DNA of 64,000 nt from Octopus vulgaris. Taxonomy: Eukaryota. The stretch's first letter is position 1. The number at the start of each line of letters is the position of its first letter. Under the pieces are notes generated by a model, which saw only the letters and a program-made list of their open reading frames with translations, did no database searches and had not been told where the DNA came from. The translations under genes and the position numbers were made by a program. This document shows positions 39,168-51,462 of the stretch, one piece after another. The DNA lies in assembly GCA_951406725.2 (NCBI GenBank), contig OX597820.1, positions 61,070,001-61,134,000 of the forward strand, given 5' to 3'.

Positions 39168-39911
39168 CTGGAAGAGACAAGAATCGATTAAATTAGAATA
39201 ATCAAACCAAAATGTAATACAGAAAAAGTTTTAGTTGAATTATATTTGTAGTATCTGAAGATTAAATAAAGAATTTAATAAAGAAAGAATTTTTTTAATA
39301 TAAAGTATAATAACAGTGGACTAATGGTTCTAGAGAATGGTGCTTACTTATAGATCTCTTAGCTTTCTGTTGTGTTTTTGGACAAGTCAGGAATATATAT
39401 TTTGAATGCATGAGAAGAGTGCCACAGACTTGCCAAAGAAGGCAGTTTTCTTTACTGAAAATGTTGCGACATATCACAACGGACTCTGATCCTAATTCCT
39501 TTTCAAATCTAATGTTACACACTAGCAAACAAAGATTAAGTCAGGCTGAAGCTGTGTTATGCAGAGAAACAGCTTAAAGGCTAAATATTTATAATTATAA
39601 ATAATAGGTTGAATATGGTAGCATGTCATATAAAAATAAATAAAAGAAATTGCCTGCCTCATGTCAACAATAAGAAGGATGATCCAAAGGTCAGACTTGT
39701 AAAAATGAACAACAGTATACTCATAGCAGAAAAATTGAGTAGTTCATCCTCCTATTCCTCATCATCATCATTTTAATATCTACTTTCCCATACTCACATA
39801 GGTCGAACAAAGTTTACTGAAGCAAGTGCCCTTCCTGTCACCAACCCTTATCTGTTTTCCAAGCAAGGTAATATTTCCCCCATTGCCACTCTAGTTATAA
39901 TAAATCCTCAC

Positions 39912-40076
39912 CTCATCCGGTTGTGGGAGCAACTTAATTAAACCTTTCAACTTCTCCACACCAAAGGTCCTAGAGTCAGCTTTTCTAATTAGATCCACAA
40001 TTTCTTTGTTACTGCGACGAAATTGCTTCAGGAAAATATTCAAGTTCATACTCTTTTTGGGATCAATTAGGGTTAT
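39912..40076 (-). CDS. INF2: INF2-like formin, FH2 exon
   Basis: tttacAG|..|GTgagg; ITLIDPKKSMNLNIFLKQFRRSNKEIV...LLPQPDE, with the conserved actin-binding Ile; phase 0 to 0. Confidence 0.94.
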
Positions 40077-40239
40077 CTGTAAAAACATTAAATCAAAACA
40101 TTATAATGAATGACAAAAAAAAAATGAATGTGGTAAAAGCTAGTCTGGGTTTTTTTTTCTTTTAATGGTTTCCATTTACCATTTTCTGTATGCTCTAAGT
40201 GTTTTATTACTTTGATGTAACCATCTCTTACTGTTTAAT

Positions 40240-40662
40240 GTTTCTTATATCTTTACTGCCCACCAGGGGCCAAACATAGAGGAGACAAACAAGGACAGAC
40301 AAAAGGATTAAGTAATTTACATCGACCCTAGTACATAACTGGTACTTAATTTATCAACCCCGAAAGGATAAAAGGCAAAGTCGACCTCGGCGGAATTTGA
40401 ACTCAGACAAAATAACAGACAAAATACCTTTTTCTTTACTACCCACAAGGGGCTAAACACAGAGAGGACAAACAAGGACAGACAAACGGATTAAGTTGAA
40501 TATATCGACCTCAGTGTGTTAATGGTACTTAATTTATCGACCTCGAAAGGATGAAAGGCAAAGTTGACCTTGGCAGAATTTGAACTCAGAACGTAAAGGC
40601 AGACGAAATATGGCTACGCATTTCGCCAGTTGTGCTAATGTTTCTGCCGGCTCGCCGCCTTA
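40240..40662 (-). mobile_element. Tandem SINE family B dimer
   Basis: Same consensus, reverse strand. Confidence 0.85.
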
Positions 40663-40975
40663 CACTTTTGATGTTTCTGTCTACTTTTTCGGAAAAATTC
40701 CAATATAATTTTCAAATGTCTTTTCATTTTTTCAATTATTATGATGATATTTGAGATTTTTCTTTGTTTCTTTGAGTTGAGTCCAAGCCTCATCCAGAGA
40801 TCTCAAGGGACAGCAAGTTATAAGTTCAAGTGGGCATTATGACCAAGATGGTTCAAAAACCATTCATTCTGCCAACTTCAACTTATAACTTGTAATCTCT
40901 TGAGGTCTCTCTGGGTGAGACTTGGACTCAACTCGTATAAACACAGAGCAAAATCCAAGCATAATTATAAATATT

Positions 40976-41189
40976 CTTTTCTACTCTAGGAACAAGACCC
41001 GAAATTTGGGGGGAGGGGGCCAGTCAATTAGATCAACCCCAGTATGCAACTGGTACTTAATTTATCAAACCCAAAAGGATGAAAGGCAAAGTCAACCTCA
41101 GCAGAATTTGAACTCAGAACATAAAGACAGACGAAATACTGCTAAACATTTCGCCTGGCATGCTAACATTTCTGCTAGCTCACCGCCTT
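40976..41189 (-). mobile_element. SINE family B with 16-bp TSD
   Basis: TSD CATAATTATAAATATT at 40960-75 and 41190-205. Confidence 0.85.
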
Positions 41190-41524
41190 CATAATTATAA
41201 ATATTGAAAACAAGAAGAGACATTTGGAAATCATATTAAGATTTTTCAGTAATTGTTGATGGAAACATTAAAAGTGTAAGAAATGGTCACAGAAAAAAAA
41301 GATATTTTTAAAAGCATCTAAAATATACAGAAAATAGTAGATGGAGGACATGTAAAAAAATAAACTGATTGTTAATTGTAATGAGAATATTTAATGGCTT
41401 TCAAGAATTTTCAGTCTTCCTATTCCAAGAATTCATTGATCCTTCTGTGTTTTTTAGCACTATGCATCTATACATGATGCCTTCTTAAGACAAATACCAC
41501 TGTTTTTCTGGCTTTCTATCAGTA

Positions 41525-42362
41525 TTCTTTTAATCTTTTATTTGTTTCAGTCATTTGACTGAGGCCATACCAGAGCACTGCCTTTGGTTGAACAATCTGA
41601 CTCCAAGACTTATTCTTTATAGGCTTAGTATTTATTCTATTGGTTTCTTTTGCTGAATCGCTAAGTTACGTGGATGTAAACACACCAACATCGGTTGTAA
41701 GCGATGGTGGGAGGACAGACACAGACACACAAACATATGCATACATACACACATATATATACTATGGGCTTCTTTCAGTTTCCATCTACCAAATCCACTC
41801 ACAAAACTTTAGTCAACCTGAGACTACAGTAGAAGACACTTGCCTAAGATGCCATGCAGTGGGACTGAACTCGGAACCATGTGGTTGAGAAGCAAGCTTC
41901 TTACCACACAGCCACACCTGTTAAGTAAGGTATACAGATTGCTTTTCAGTAAATACTGTTTTATACTCTTTTACTTGTTTCAGTCATGTGACTGTGGCCA
42001 TGCTGGAGCACCACCTTTAGTTGAGCAAGTCGACACCAGGACTTATTTTTTGTAAGCCTAGTACTTATTCTATCGTTCTCTTTTGCTGAACCGCTAAGTT
42101 ACAGGGACATAAACACACCAGTATCAGTTGTCAAGCAATGTTGGAGGTACAAACACAGACACACAAACATATACACACACATAGATATATATATACATAT
42201 ATACAACAGGCTTCTTTCAGTTTCTGTCTACCAAATCCACTCACAAGGCTTTGGTCGGCCCGAGGCTATAGTAGAAGACACTTGCCCAAGATGCCAGGCT
42301 GTGGGACTGAACCAGGAACCATGTGGTTCGTAAGCAAGCCACACAGCCACTCCTGTGCCTAT
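41525..42362 (-). mobile_element. Two tandem SINE family A copies
   Basis: 41525-41920 and 41960-42362. Confidence 0.87.
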
Positions 42363-42448
42363 AAATGTTTACATTTAGAAAAATTCCAACCCTGTTCTAG
42401 GATTTAAAAAAAACATACACAAATGTAAATCTATAATATAATATTTAC

Positions 42449-42594
42449 CTCTGATGTGACACTGCTGCGAATAGGACTTTTCTCCTTTTGTTGAGCCTGG
42501 GATCCTTCCTTTTGAGCAAATAACTCTTGTAAATACTGATATTTCATGTTCACAGGGTCATTCAGTCTTAAAACATCATTCCATACACTGGTGT
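42449..42594 (-). CDS. INF2: INF2-like formin, FH2 lasso exon
   Basis: ttacAG|..|GTaaat; DTSVWNDVLRLNDPVNMKYQYLQELFAQKE...SE; phase 1 to 0. Confidence 0.9.
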
Positions 42595-43755
42595 CTGTAA
42601 AGAATAAAGAAAATTTATCATAGCAGAAAGAAATGACAACACACCAGTTCTCATTGTCTTTCTCTCTCTCTCTCTCACACACACATTTTCCTGTTATCTC
42701 CCTCCCTCCCTCTCTCTATATATTTCTCAGTCTGAAAGGGTTATCATCTTTCCTATTAGCATTACCTTGCATAAATATGTTATATTTTTGCTTCAGAGTC
42801 ACAAGATATTCTTTATATATGAATATCTTACTGTTATTAATCATTTTCTAGATTATTCTCCTTGCACATTTGTTTCTTTCATTATATCATTTTTCCTGTT
42901 CCCTTCACAACTCATTTTACCTACTGCTTGATCTAGAGTTCTCATATTTTCTTGTTATTGTATACTAATACAAGGCATAGAACCTTTTGCTCTAAAAGCA
43001 GTACTCAAGTATGGGCTTCAGCTGTGATATAATAATAATGAAATTATCATGTATAGTGCTCAGGTGCACTACAACTCATCAAAGGTGCACAGTACATAGA
43101 ATTATGTACAAAAGTCAGGAAAGTGAACAGTGTATGAGTCATGATGTTACAACACACTAAAGAAATGAAAATCAAGATAGTGTTAATGATACAATAAAAG
43201 TGAACGAAACCTTAATAACACAACGATGATGATGACTAGTTCTTCTGCCCAGAGCAATCTAGAACAGATCACAATGCCATTATCTGAACAACTATTGACT
43301 CCATAAGGAAGACTCCTTGCAGTCACTTGACCTTGTAGAAATAGCAGCTATATCTCTCAAATGTATTAGAAGAGAATGTTGCATTAGTTTCAAATCTTGA
43401 CATAAGGCCAGAAATTTGGGATTGAGCAGTTAAGTTGGTTACATCGACCCCAGTACTCAACTGGTACTTATTTTATCGACCCTGGAAGGGTGAAATGCAA
43501 AGTCGACTTCAGCAGGATTTGAACTCAGAGTGTAAAGATGGACCAAATGCTGCTAAGCATTTAGCCTGGTGAGCTAATGATTCTGCCAGCTTGCTGCCTT
43601 TGAAAAGAAAGACATTTGAAAAGCGAAAAGATAGAAGAGAGAGAGAAAAAACACGTCCGCTCTCTTAAACGTCCGTGCAGGAAAAGAATGATGATTATTT
43701 ATTATCTATTAAATGTTTTACAGGATACATTTCAGTTATAAAATAAAGTGTTTAC

Positions 43756-44656
43756 CTGAAATATTTGTTGGTATAACTTTATTCCAAGAAAATGGTCGCA
43801 GTTTACAATCTGGCTCAGGAATTGCTATTTCAGGGAAAATTTGCTGTGGAGAATGAAGGATAGCTTGTCCAGGGTTAAAGCCACCGGGTGCCGGTGGTGG
43901 TGGTGGGGGTGGTGACATTGGAGGAGCAGCTACTGAAATCTTGATATCTGGCCTGACAAGGGCGTTTTGCAAATTTGCAATTCCTATTTTCAGACCTGGT
44001 GGTGGAGGCGGTGGTGGTGGCGCTGTAGGTGGTGGTGGGGGTATTGCTGGTGAACCCATTCCTCTCATTGGTGGTGGTGGGGGTACTGATGATGATGGTG
44101 GTAGTGGTGGTGGTGCTTGTTGTGAACCTACAACTTTCGTGGTAGGCAGAGGTGGTGGTGGGGGTACAGATGATGATGGTGGTAGTGGTGGTGGTGGAGG
44201 TGGTAGTGGTGTGGTGGTGGTGGAGGTACTGATGATGATGGTGGTAGTGGTGGTGGTGGGGGTATTACTGAAGTTGTCAGTCTCAGTGACGGTGGTAATG
44301 GAGGTGGTGGCGGCGGCGGTGGTGGCGGCATGATTGGTCTGTCTTTACTCCCTTTTGTCAGAGTCGACGGTAAAGGGGTTTGAGATGGAGATTTATTTGG
44401 ATCTGTAATCAGCGGAGATTTCTGTTCGGTGTTTTCACTGATTTGGTTGTCTCCCGCCCGATTTGTGGAGTTGTCACTAAATTCAGTTTGTACACCTTTT
44501 TCCTCTGAATGTGTTGTCATTGCAGATATCAATGATGAAGCAGTTGTCACTACGGAAATTGAACTGGAACGACGACTCGAGCAGAAACTGCTGGAGCTAG
44601 AACCCTCAGATGATATAAACCGTACTTCTCTTTCCAACATATTCCAAATGTTTTCA
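43756..44656 (-). CDS. INF2: INF2-like formin, large exon: end of FH3, Ser-rich linker, FH1 poly-proline, start of FH2 (1-nt frameshift at about 44210)
   Basis: ttttctAG|T GAA..(ENIWNMLERE)...poly-Pro...KLRPFSWNKV..|GTaaac. The 901 nt length is one base short of phase consistency; ORFs 44128-44787 and 43736-44068 are in different frames. Confidence 0.88.
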
Positions 44657-44878
44657 CTAGAAAAAATAGAAAGGAAATAAGAGATATGAAAAATCTGCAG
44701 ATATTTTTCTTTTAAAATGTTTATCAGGCATGGCTGTGTGGTTAACAAGCTCTCTTTGCAACCATGTAGTTTGGGGTTCTGTCCCACTGTACTGCTCCTT
44801 GAGCAAGTATCTTCTTCTATAGCCCTGGACCAACCAATGCCTTGTGTGTGTTTTGGTAGACAAAAAACTGTATGGAAG

Positions 44879-45105
44879 CCAAGCTGGCAGAAACGTTTGC
44901 ACGCCGGGCGAAATGCTTAGCGGTATTTCGTCTGCCGTTACGTTCTGAGTTCAAATTCCGCTGAGGTCGACTTTGCCTTTCATCCTTTCGGGGTCCATAA
45001 ATTAAGTACCAGTTACGCACTGCGGTCGATGTAATCGACTTAATCCCTTTGTCTGTCTTTGTTTGTCCCCTCTATGTTTAGCCCCTTGTAGGCAACAAAG
45101 AAATA
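44879..45105 (+). mobile_element. SINE family B nested in a family A SINE, 17-bp TSD
   Basis: TSD AAAAAACTGTATGGAAG at 44862-78 and 45106-22. Confidence 0.87.
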
Positions 45106-45147
45106 AAAAAACTGTATGGAAGGCTGCATGTGTGTGTGTATTCATAC

Positions 45148-45227
45148 CTTTGTGACATACTTGCATTTATTTGAAATAAACTCTGTAGAATGGAAACAAA
45201 AGCAGCAGATAATGGTGTTTCTCGAAC
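45148..45227 (-). CDS. INF2: INF2-like formin, FH3/dimerisation exon (absent from the ORF track)
   Basis: tctttttAG|..|GTatga; VRETPLSAAFVSILQSLFQINASMSQS, cf. INF2 [21 protein letters not shown]; phase 0 to 2 joins both neighbours. Confidence 0.85.
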
Positions 45228-45554
45228 CTAAAAAGAATTAAAATATATGTAAGTGTTAGCTGTACTTGTCAAAATGTAAACCAGATATCATATAATTTTC
45301 AAATGTAGATATTGAAGAACATTTCTTGAAATTTATTTATTCTAGCTATAACAGTGACTTACTTGAAAAACAATCAGTAAATCTGTCTTGGCAATTTTTC
45401 TGACAATAGTTACAGTATCTTCAAGCAAACGATATATTTAGCATCATGAAAAATATTAAATGCAATAAAGAAATCATTCCTTATTGTTAAAAAATAAACA
45501 TTTAACTGTTTTGGTATCAGCAAGCCCCATACTGAATAAGGATATGTTTACAAA

Positions 45555-45845
45555 GTCAGAAAACAGCACAGCTTCCATGACTTTCAGAAACATTTTTTCA
45601 CGCTAAGAGTTTCTGAAGTATGGAAAAAACTGCCGGCATCAGTTGTTAGTTGTCGGAGCACTGCATCCTTCAAAAATTCCATGCTTTCTGAGATTCGCCA
45701 ACACTACACCTGATTTTCTCCCCTCCATACACATGCAAGCATGTATCTGACTCATACACTGTTCACTTTCCAGACATTTGTACATTACTGCATATACTTT
45801 ATACGCACTTTCTGACAAGTTGTGGTGCACCTGAGCACTGTATAC
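45555..45845 (+). mobile_element. CR1-group LINE 3' fragment (further 3' ends at 46615-46800 + and ~43035-43085 -)
   Basis: Matches 32130-32340 (AAAGTCAGAAAACA..CTACACCTGA..GTGCACCTGAGCACTGTA). Confidence 0.85.
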
Positions 45846-46159
45846 AGTGATCGAGTTAAGCTAAAAACCTTCCATCAAAATTTCATGTTAATTTACGTAT
45901 GAAACACCAGCTAAATAATGACAATATTAGTTTACTAAATTCTTTATTAATTTCTAAAATAATTGAAAGAAGCAGTGCATTTCAACAGAAATTTGTTAAC
46001 GAAAGATTGAGACAACTTTTTTTCATTTTTCTTTTAGTTGCAGTATAAACATTTTGAAAAACAAAAATATTCCGAGGTTTTTTCGATTGCCAAAGTGATC
46101 TTCTAAGAGCCATATACACAGTAAAATCGTAAGAATATACTTAATACAAATATATTATT

Positions 46160-46496
46160 CACAAAAACCGTTAGATTCACTTCAACATTTAAATTTAATT
46201 TGTCAAAATATTTTCCTCGTTTTGAAACTGTGACCTGCTCACTGACAAAATTCCGTGCTGCATCTAAGAAAGCAACAGTTAGTTAATGATATATATGTAT
46301 TTATGTATGTACGCATGTTTGTACGCAGATACATACGTATGTACGTACATACACACACACACACACATCATGAACAAACTATTACTTTCTCAGATGCAGC
46401 ACGGAATTTTGCCAGTGAACAGATCGCAGTTTCAAAACGAGGAAAATATTTTGACAAATTAAATTTAAATGTTGAAGTGAATCTAACGGTTTTTGT
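46160..46496. mobile_element. Inverted-repeat element with G3:C8-variant hammerhead-like motifs
   Basis: ~120-bp arms around a microsatellite spacer; TTTG(T/C)CA-GTGA(A/G)CA-...-GAAA-ATAT-TT-TGACAAA on each arm. Confidence 0.6.
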
Positions 46497-46769
46497 AGTT
46501 TTAAATGGCTTATAAACACCTTCCACGCTGCAATTGTTTTTTGTTTCAGCACACGATCTCAGATCAGGTCACTTGTTATGCAAGTACATCTCTGTAAAAT
46601 ATATTACTCGTTTTATAACACTACACCTGATTTTCTCCCCTCCATACACACACAAGCATGTATCTGACTCATACGTTGTTCGCTTTCCAGACATTTTTAC
46701 ATTACTGCATGTACTTTATATGCACTTTCTGACAAGTTGTGGTGCACCTGAGCACTGTATACAATAATT

Positions 46770-46803
<34 letters not shown>

Positions 46804-47279
46804 GTAATATGGATTACAGACGTGAGATCAGACTATGGTAGAGGAATATTTTAATTCGCATCTTCTAAAGGGTCGAACAGTTTCTTTTCAGGTCTTGGTT
46901 ACTGTTCCAAAACATTTATTAAAGAGTTTCACAAACTGTTATAGGTTTAAATATTATTTGCAGCTAAACCATCTAAACTTTCGGTGTAGGGGACGTAAGA
47001 ACTATGATAAGGCTTTGATTATCTCCCTTTAATTTTCATTTTTGCTCTATTGATGGACAAAATGTTTGTTTACAGCAACAGGTTAGATCAGGTGTGAGGG
47101 GCATGCACCGTTGCAGCACGTTGCTGCATTTACCAATGCATCCGACCAATGATAACCTATAATCCAAACTGCGACAGATTATTGCTACTAACATTTTAAA
47201 AACAACCCACTTGGCTATTTGCATGCTAATTACCTAAACTCTCTAAATCTAACAAGAGAACTCGCAATATAGTAATTAC

Positions 47280-47461
47280 CCGGTTAAAAATAGCTGTGAA
47301 CAGTTCTTGTGGGTTATTGACGTTGACATTTCCATCTTTCGTTTCCTCCAGGGCTTCTTGGTCAGCAGACATCTCATCCTTGAAAACATCCCATTGTATT
47401 TGAAAGTCAGGGTTGTCGATATTCTCACACACCACGGCTATCGTTTCTTCTATATTCAATG
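47280..47461 (-). CDS. INF2: INF2-like formin, FH3 exon
   Basis: atttaAG|..|GTaatt; ALNIEETIAVVCENIDNPDFQIQWDVFKDEMSADQEALEETKDGNVNVNNPQELFTAIFNR; phase 1 to 0. Confidence 0.9.
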
Positions 47462-48769
47462 CTTAAATAGATATTCAGTAAACTGATTTATAACATCTTG
47501 AAAGAAGAATCTTAAGAAGCAAAATAAAACAATGAAAACCCTGCAGAAACCAATATTCTCGATTATAATATTATGAAACAAGGAGTCTAGATCATTGATT
47601 AAATTCTTTGCAGAATGTGGTTATATGCCACTAAGTTCTATGTTCAATGAAGCTTGACTTTCATTACTCCAAGAATTACTATATGTTATAATTCTTTTCA
47701 TTTGCCTTGAGTTCTAGGAGTAATATAAGACCAATTATTCAATTTCCATGGTGTATAACTGACTGAGATCATAACATTCTCCCTGGATGGGATGCTGATC
47801 CATTGGGGAGATAAACTGATAAGATGAACTCTGGTACATGACTGGTACTTTATTTTATTGATGCTAGTGAGATGAAAGGCAAAGATGACCCCAGCAGGAT
47901 TTGAAACCAAAATATAAAAACTTGCAAGAAATACTGCTAAGAATTTCGCCTGATGTGCTAATGATCCTGCCAGCTCACCACCTTATATATATATTGCTAT
48001 AAATACCAGTAACTACTGACTTTGATTCTCTCGTCTAATATCACTCTCTTACAAAAGTTAGCAAGAAACATTTATTAAGAAGTTCTTGATTTCCTAACTC
48101 TTTTCCTTGTATATTTGAATTTCAAAAAGGATACAAAAACAGCCACTAGTTCTGTGTAAATTAAACCTGCTCTCATGTATCAGTAGGAAATAGAAATACC
48201 TCTGGTTTTATGCATTATACAATGATGGCCAAAAAAAAAGAAGGCCCAAAAAGTTAGTTCTGAGAAACTGGTCCTTGAGAATTACTACAAAAACCAAACC
48301 TTGTAAATTTCCAAGAATATATCAATATACAATGATATAGGTCCCTCCCACATTACCAGGAACAAAAACATATACACACACATACACATTAATGTTAGAT
48401 ATCACTTAATAGTCTTTTATGTTTGATCATGGTTAATCTTCTGTGATGTAAATGTGAAAAAGTATCAAAATTATTCTGTATGTAGTTGAATTTCAGTAAC
48501 ATTTGTTCTAATTTCTGGCTAGAATTTAACTTTATTACTTGAAGTAATTTATGATAAATTTGTTGCAAAAGATTGGTAGGCGTGGTGTTTACCACATAGT
48601 CATTAATTTAATGATAAAAAAAGATTCTCTTGATCTTAATAAAAGCCTTTAGTAAGGTTCATGACAATACTGGCCAATGAGAATATTATTTTTGGTGGTA
48701 GATACATAGTTCTCATGGCATTTGTAGTTTAATGATAGCAACCATTAATAAGTTGACATTATTTTCTGT

Positions 48770-49645
48770 TCTCTAAAAGTAGCAAACTGGCAGAATCATT
48801 AGCATGCTGGATGAACTAGCGGTATTTCGTCTGTCTTTAGGTTCTGAGTTCAAATGCCACCGGGGTCAATAAATTAAGTACCAGCTATGCACTGGGGTCG
48901 ATGTAATCGACTCATCCCTTCCACAAAAATTTTGGACCTTGTGCCTAGAGTAGAGAAGATTATTTTCTGTACTCAAGGTGGCCAGTTGGCAGAACTGTTA
49001 GCACGCTGGGCGAAATGTTTAGCGGTATTTTGTCTGTCTTCACGTTCTGAGTTCAAATGCTGCTGGGGTCAACATTGCCTTTCATCCTTTCAGGGTCGAT
49101 AAATTAAGTACCAGTTACACACTGGGGTTGATGTAATCGACTCATCCCCTCCCTAAACATTTCAGGCCTTGTAGAAAGTATTATTCTTCGTACTCTAAAA
49201 GTAGCAAGCTGGCAGAATCATTAGCACACCAAACAAAATGCTTAGTGGTATATTGTCTGTCTTCACATTCTAAGTTCAAATTCTGCCAAGGTCAACTTTG
49301 CTTTTCATCTTTTCAGGGTCAATAAAATAGGTACCAGTTGTGTACTGGGGTTGATGTAATCAACTAACCCTTCCCTTAAATTTCAGGCCTTGTGCCTATA
49401 GTAAAAAAGGATTATTTTCTGTACTCTAAAAGTAGTAAACTAGCAGAATCCCACAGATGAAATGTTTCATTGCATTTCTTCCAACTCATTATGTTCTGAG
49501 CTCAAATTCCACCAAGATCAGCTTTACCTTATATCCTTTTGTGGGTGTCGATAAAATAAATACCAGCTGAGAACTGGGGTATCAATGTAATTGACTAGCT
49601 CCCTTCCCCAAACTTTCAAGCCTTCTACCTATAATAGAAAAAATC
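48770..49645 (+). mobile_element. Array of four diverged SINE family B copies
   Basis: Units start near 48780, 48978, 49200 and 49432. Confidence 0.82.
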
Positions 49646-50887
49646 ATTACCAATACTCTCAATCCAAAATTGTGAATTTATCCTGCGAATAACTTCAGAA
49701 ATCGGTATTAGCAATGTTGGAAAATGTTTGATTTTTAGTGATCTTAGAGACAACAGATTTACCAAAAATGAGAAAGCACCAGACATCAGTGTTTAGTTTT
49801 GCCTTATATTTATAAGTTAAAATCCTGCAAATCGGATTATAATTTTTCTTCTTTGGGAAACGAAAATGGGTGAAAAATATATCCCAAGCTGTATTAGAAT
49901 AATTTCAACTAACTGATCACTCTGCTCTTAATGTGGCCTTGTGTATCATCATCATCATCATGTCCACTTTTCCATACTTTTTAAATAATGGGAGAAGCCA
50001 AATCCCTTCACCATAGTGGCACATCTTCTTATTACCCTCTGCTATAAACTTTTTGTCATGTACCAGAGAAAATCAATTTTAAGAAATTGAAAAATTTCCC
50101 AGCAGCATCTTCAGCTTAAAGAACTTACAGTTAAATGTGAGTCACAATACTTAATGTGAAGGGCTAAAATTAATTTTTAACCATCTAAAATTATACCCAT
50201 AGTAAGAAGAAAAATCATTAGTGTCAATGAAAATTACTCTGAAAAACAGCAAAGGAGAGAACTTTGTAGCTTGTCCAATATTAATCAAATAAAAAGTCAT
50301 TTTTCAAAAATAATTTTATCAAATAGCTTATAATAAATTTTATAAAATTTCTATAATATGCAGGGTTTCTTCATGTTATACAGATATTCTTACTGTTTCA
50401 AAAACTCAGTTTTTTTTTTTGGTATTGTTGTTTAGCTGCTGGGTTAGACGTGATCAAACACACTTATGTATTCAAGCCAACCATGACCATCCTGTTTTTT
50501 TCCTACGTAGAATGCATCCAGAGCCACATTATACAATAAATCATTCAAGTGGATATGATTTGATGGTTTTGACTGTTATTTCTAGGAAGTAAAGTGACCA
50601 TGTAATGGATCCATGCTAGCTCAAATAGAAATTGTTTATAATACAGGTGAGCTTCCAGTAACTTTGTTGAAGAATGTTGGAAAATATGAATAAAACCAAA
50701 AGCATATTCAGTTTAAGGAAATGCTTTTTATAACAAAAGAATTGTTGTAGAGGAGGAGAATAATGAAAAACAAATAGAAATAACCTAAAATGAAAAAAAA
50801 TAAATAAATATACAGTTTGTATTTTCATTAAAACTGAAAAGCAAGCAAAACACACACACACACACACACACACAATAAATTCCTTAC

Positions 50888-51047
50888 CAATAAATTCATT
50901 CCGAATTCTCATTCTATCCAGGATGTTCTCGTTGGCAAAAATTATGGAATTAACAAGTGCCATAATGCTAACTTGATATGTTGCCAAATCTGCATGACGT
51001 AGTTCATTTAATATCAGACTAAATCGATATTGTAATTTCTGCCAGGT
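50888..51047 (-). CDS. INF2: INF2-like formin, FH3/DID exon
   Basis: ttttacAG|..|GTaagg; TWQKLQYRFSLILNELRHADLATYQVSIMALVNSIIFANENILDRMRIRNEFI; phase 0 to 1. Confidence 0.92.
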
Positions 51048-51462
51048 CTGTAAAAGTCAAGAAGTGTCAAATTAGAAAAAAGAAAAAAGTGTTTTCCGTC
51101 TGGAATTTTCAAAGCTAATTATTATACAACCATAATCATTATTACAAAATATTAGTTTGATTGAGAGGGACATTGCATAATAGCAATATATGCTGACACA
51201 ACTTTCTCATTCTTTATTTTATTTTCATTATATCTATATCATTAGAGAGAGAGAGAAAGAGGAGAGAAGGTATATATATATATATATATAGGGAGAGTTT
51301 ACGAAAAAAACAAAAGACGAAGACAGGTGGTGTACAAAACAAACAGATGTATTAATATAATGCTCAGGAATAGAAAAAGTCTTTTACGTTTCGAGCCTAT
51401 GCTCTTCTACAGAAAAAGACGCAGAAAAAAACAAGGAGAGAAAAAATGTATATATATATATA

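Noticed and set aside
43941-44333. 130-aa Gly/Val-rich + strand ORF
   Set aside because: Antisense shadow of the FH1 proline codons.
45362-45440. Possible formin exon ending at a GTAAGT donor
   Set aside because: No good acceptor or formin similarity; exon 45148-45227 fills the gap with correct phases.
48770-49645. Regularly spaced repeats suggestive of a CRISPR array
   Set aside because: Units are ~200-bp diverged SINEs in eukaryotic DNA; no unique spacers or cas genes.
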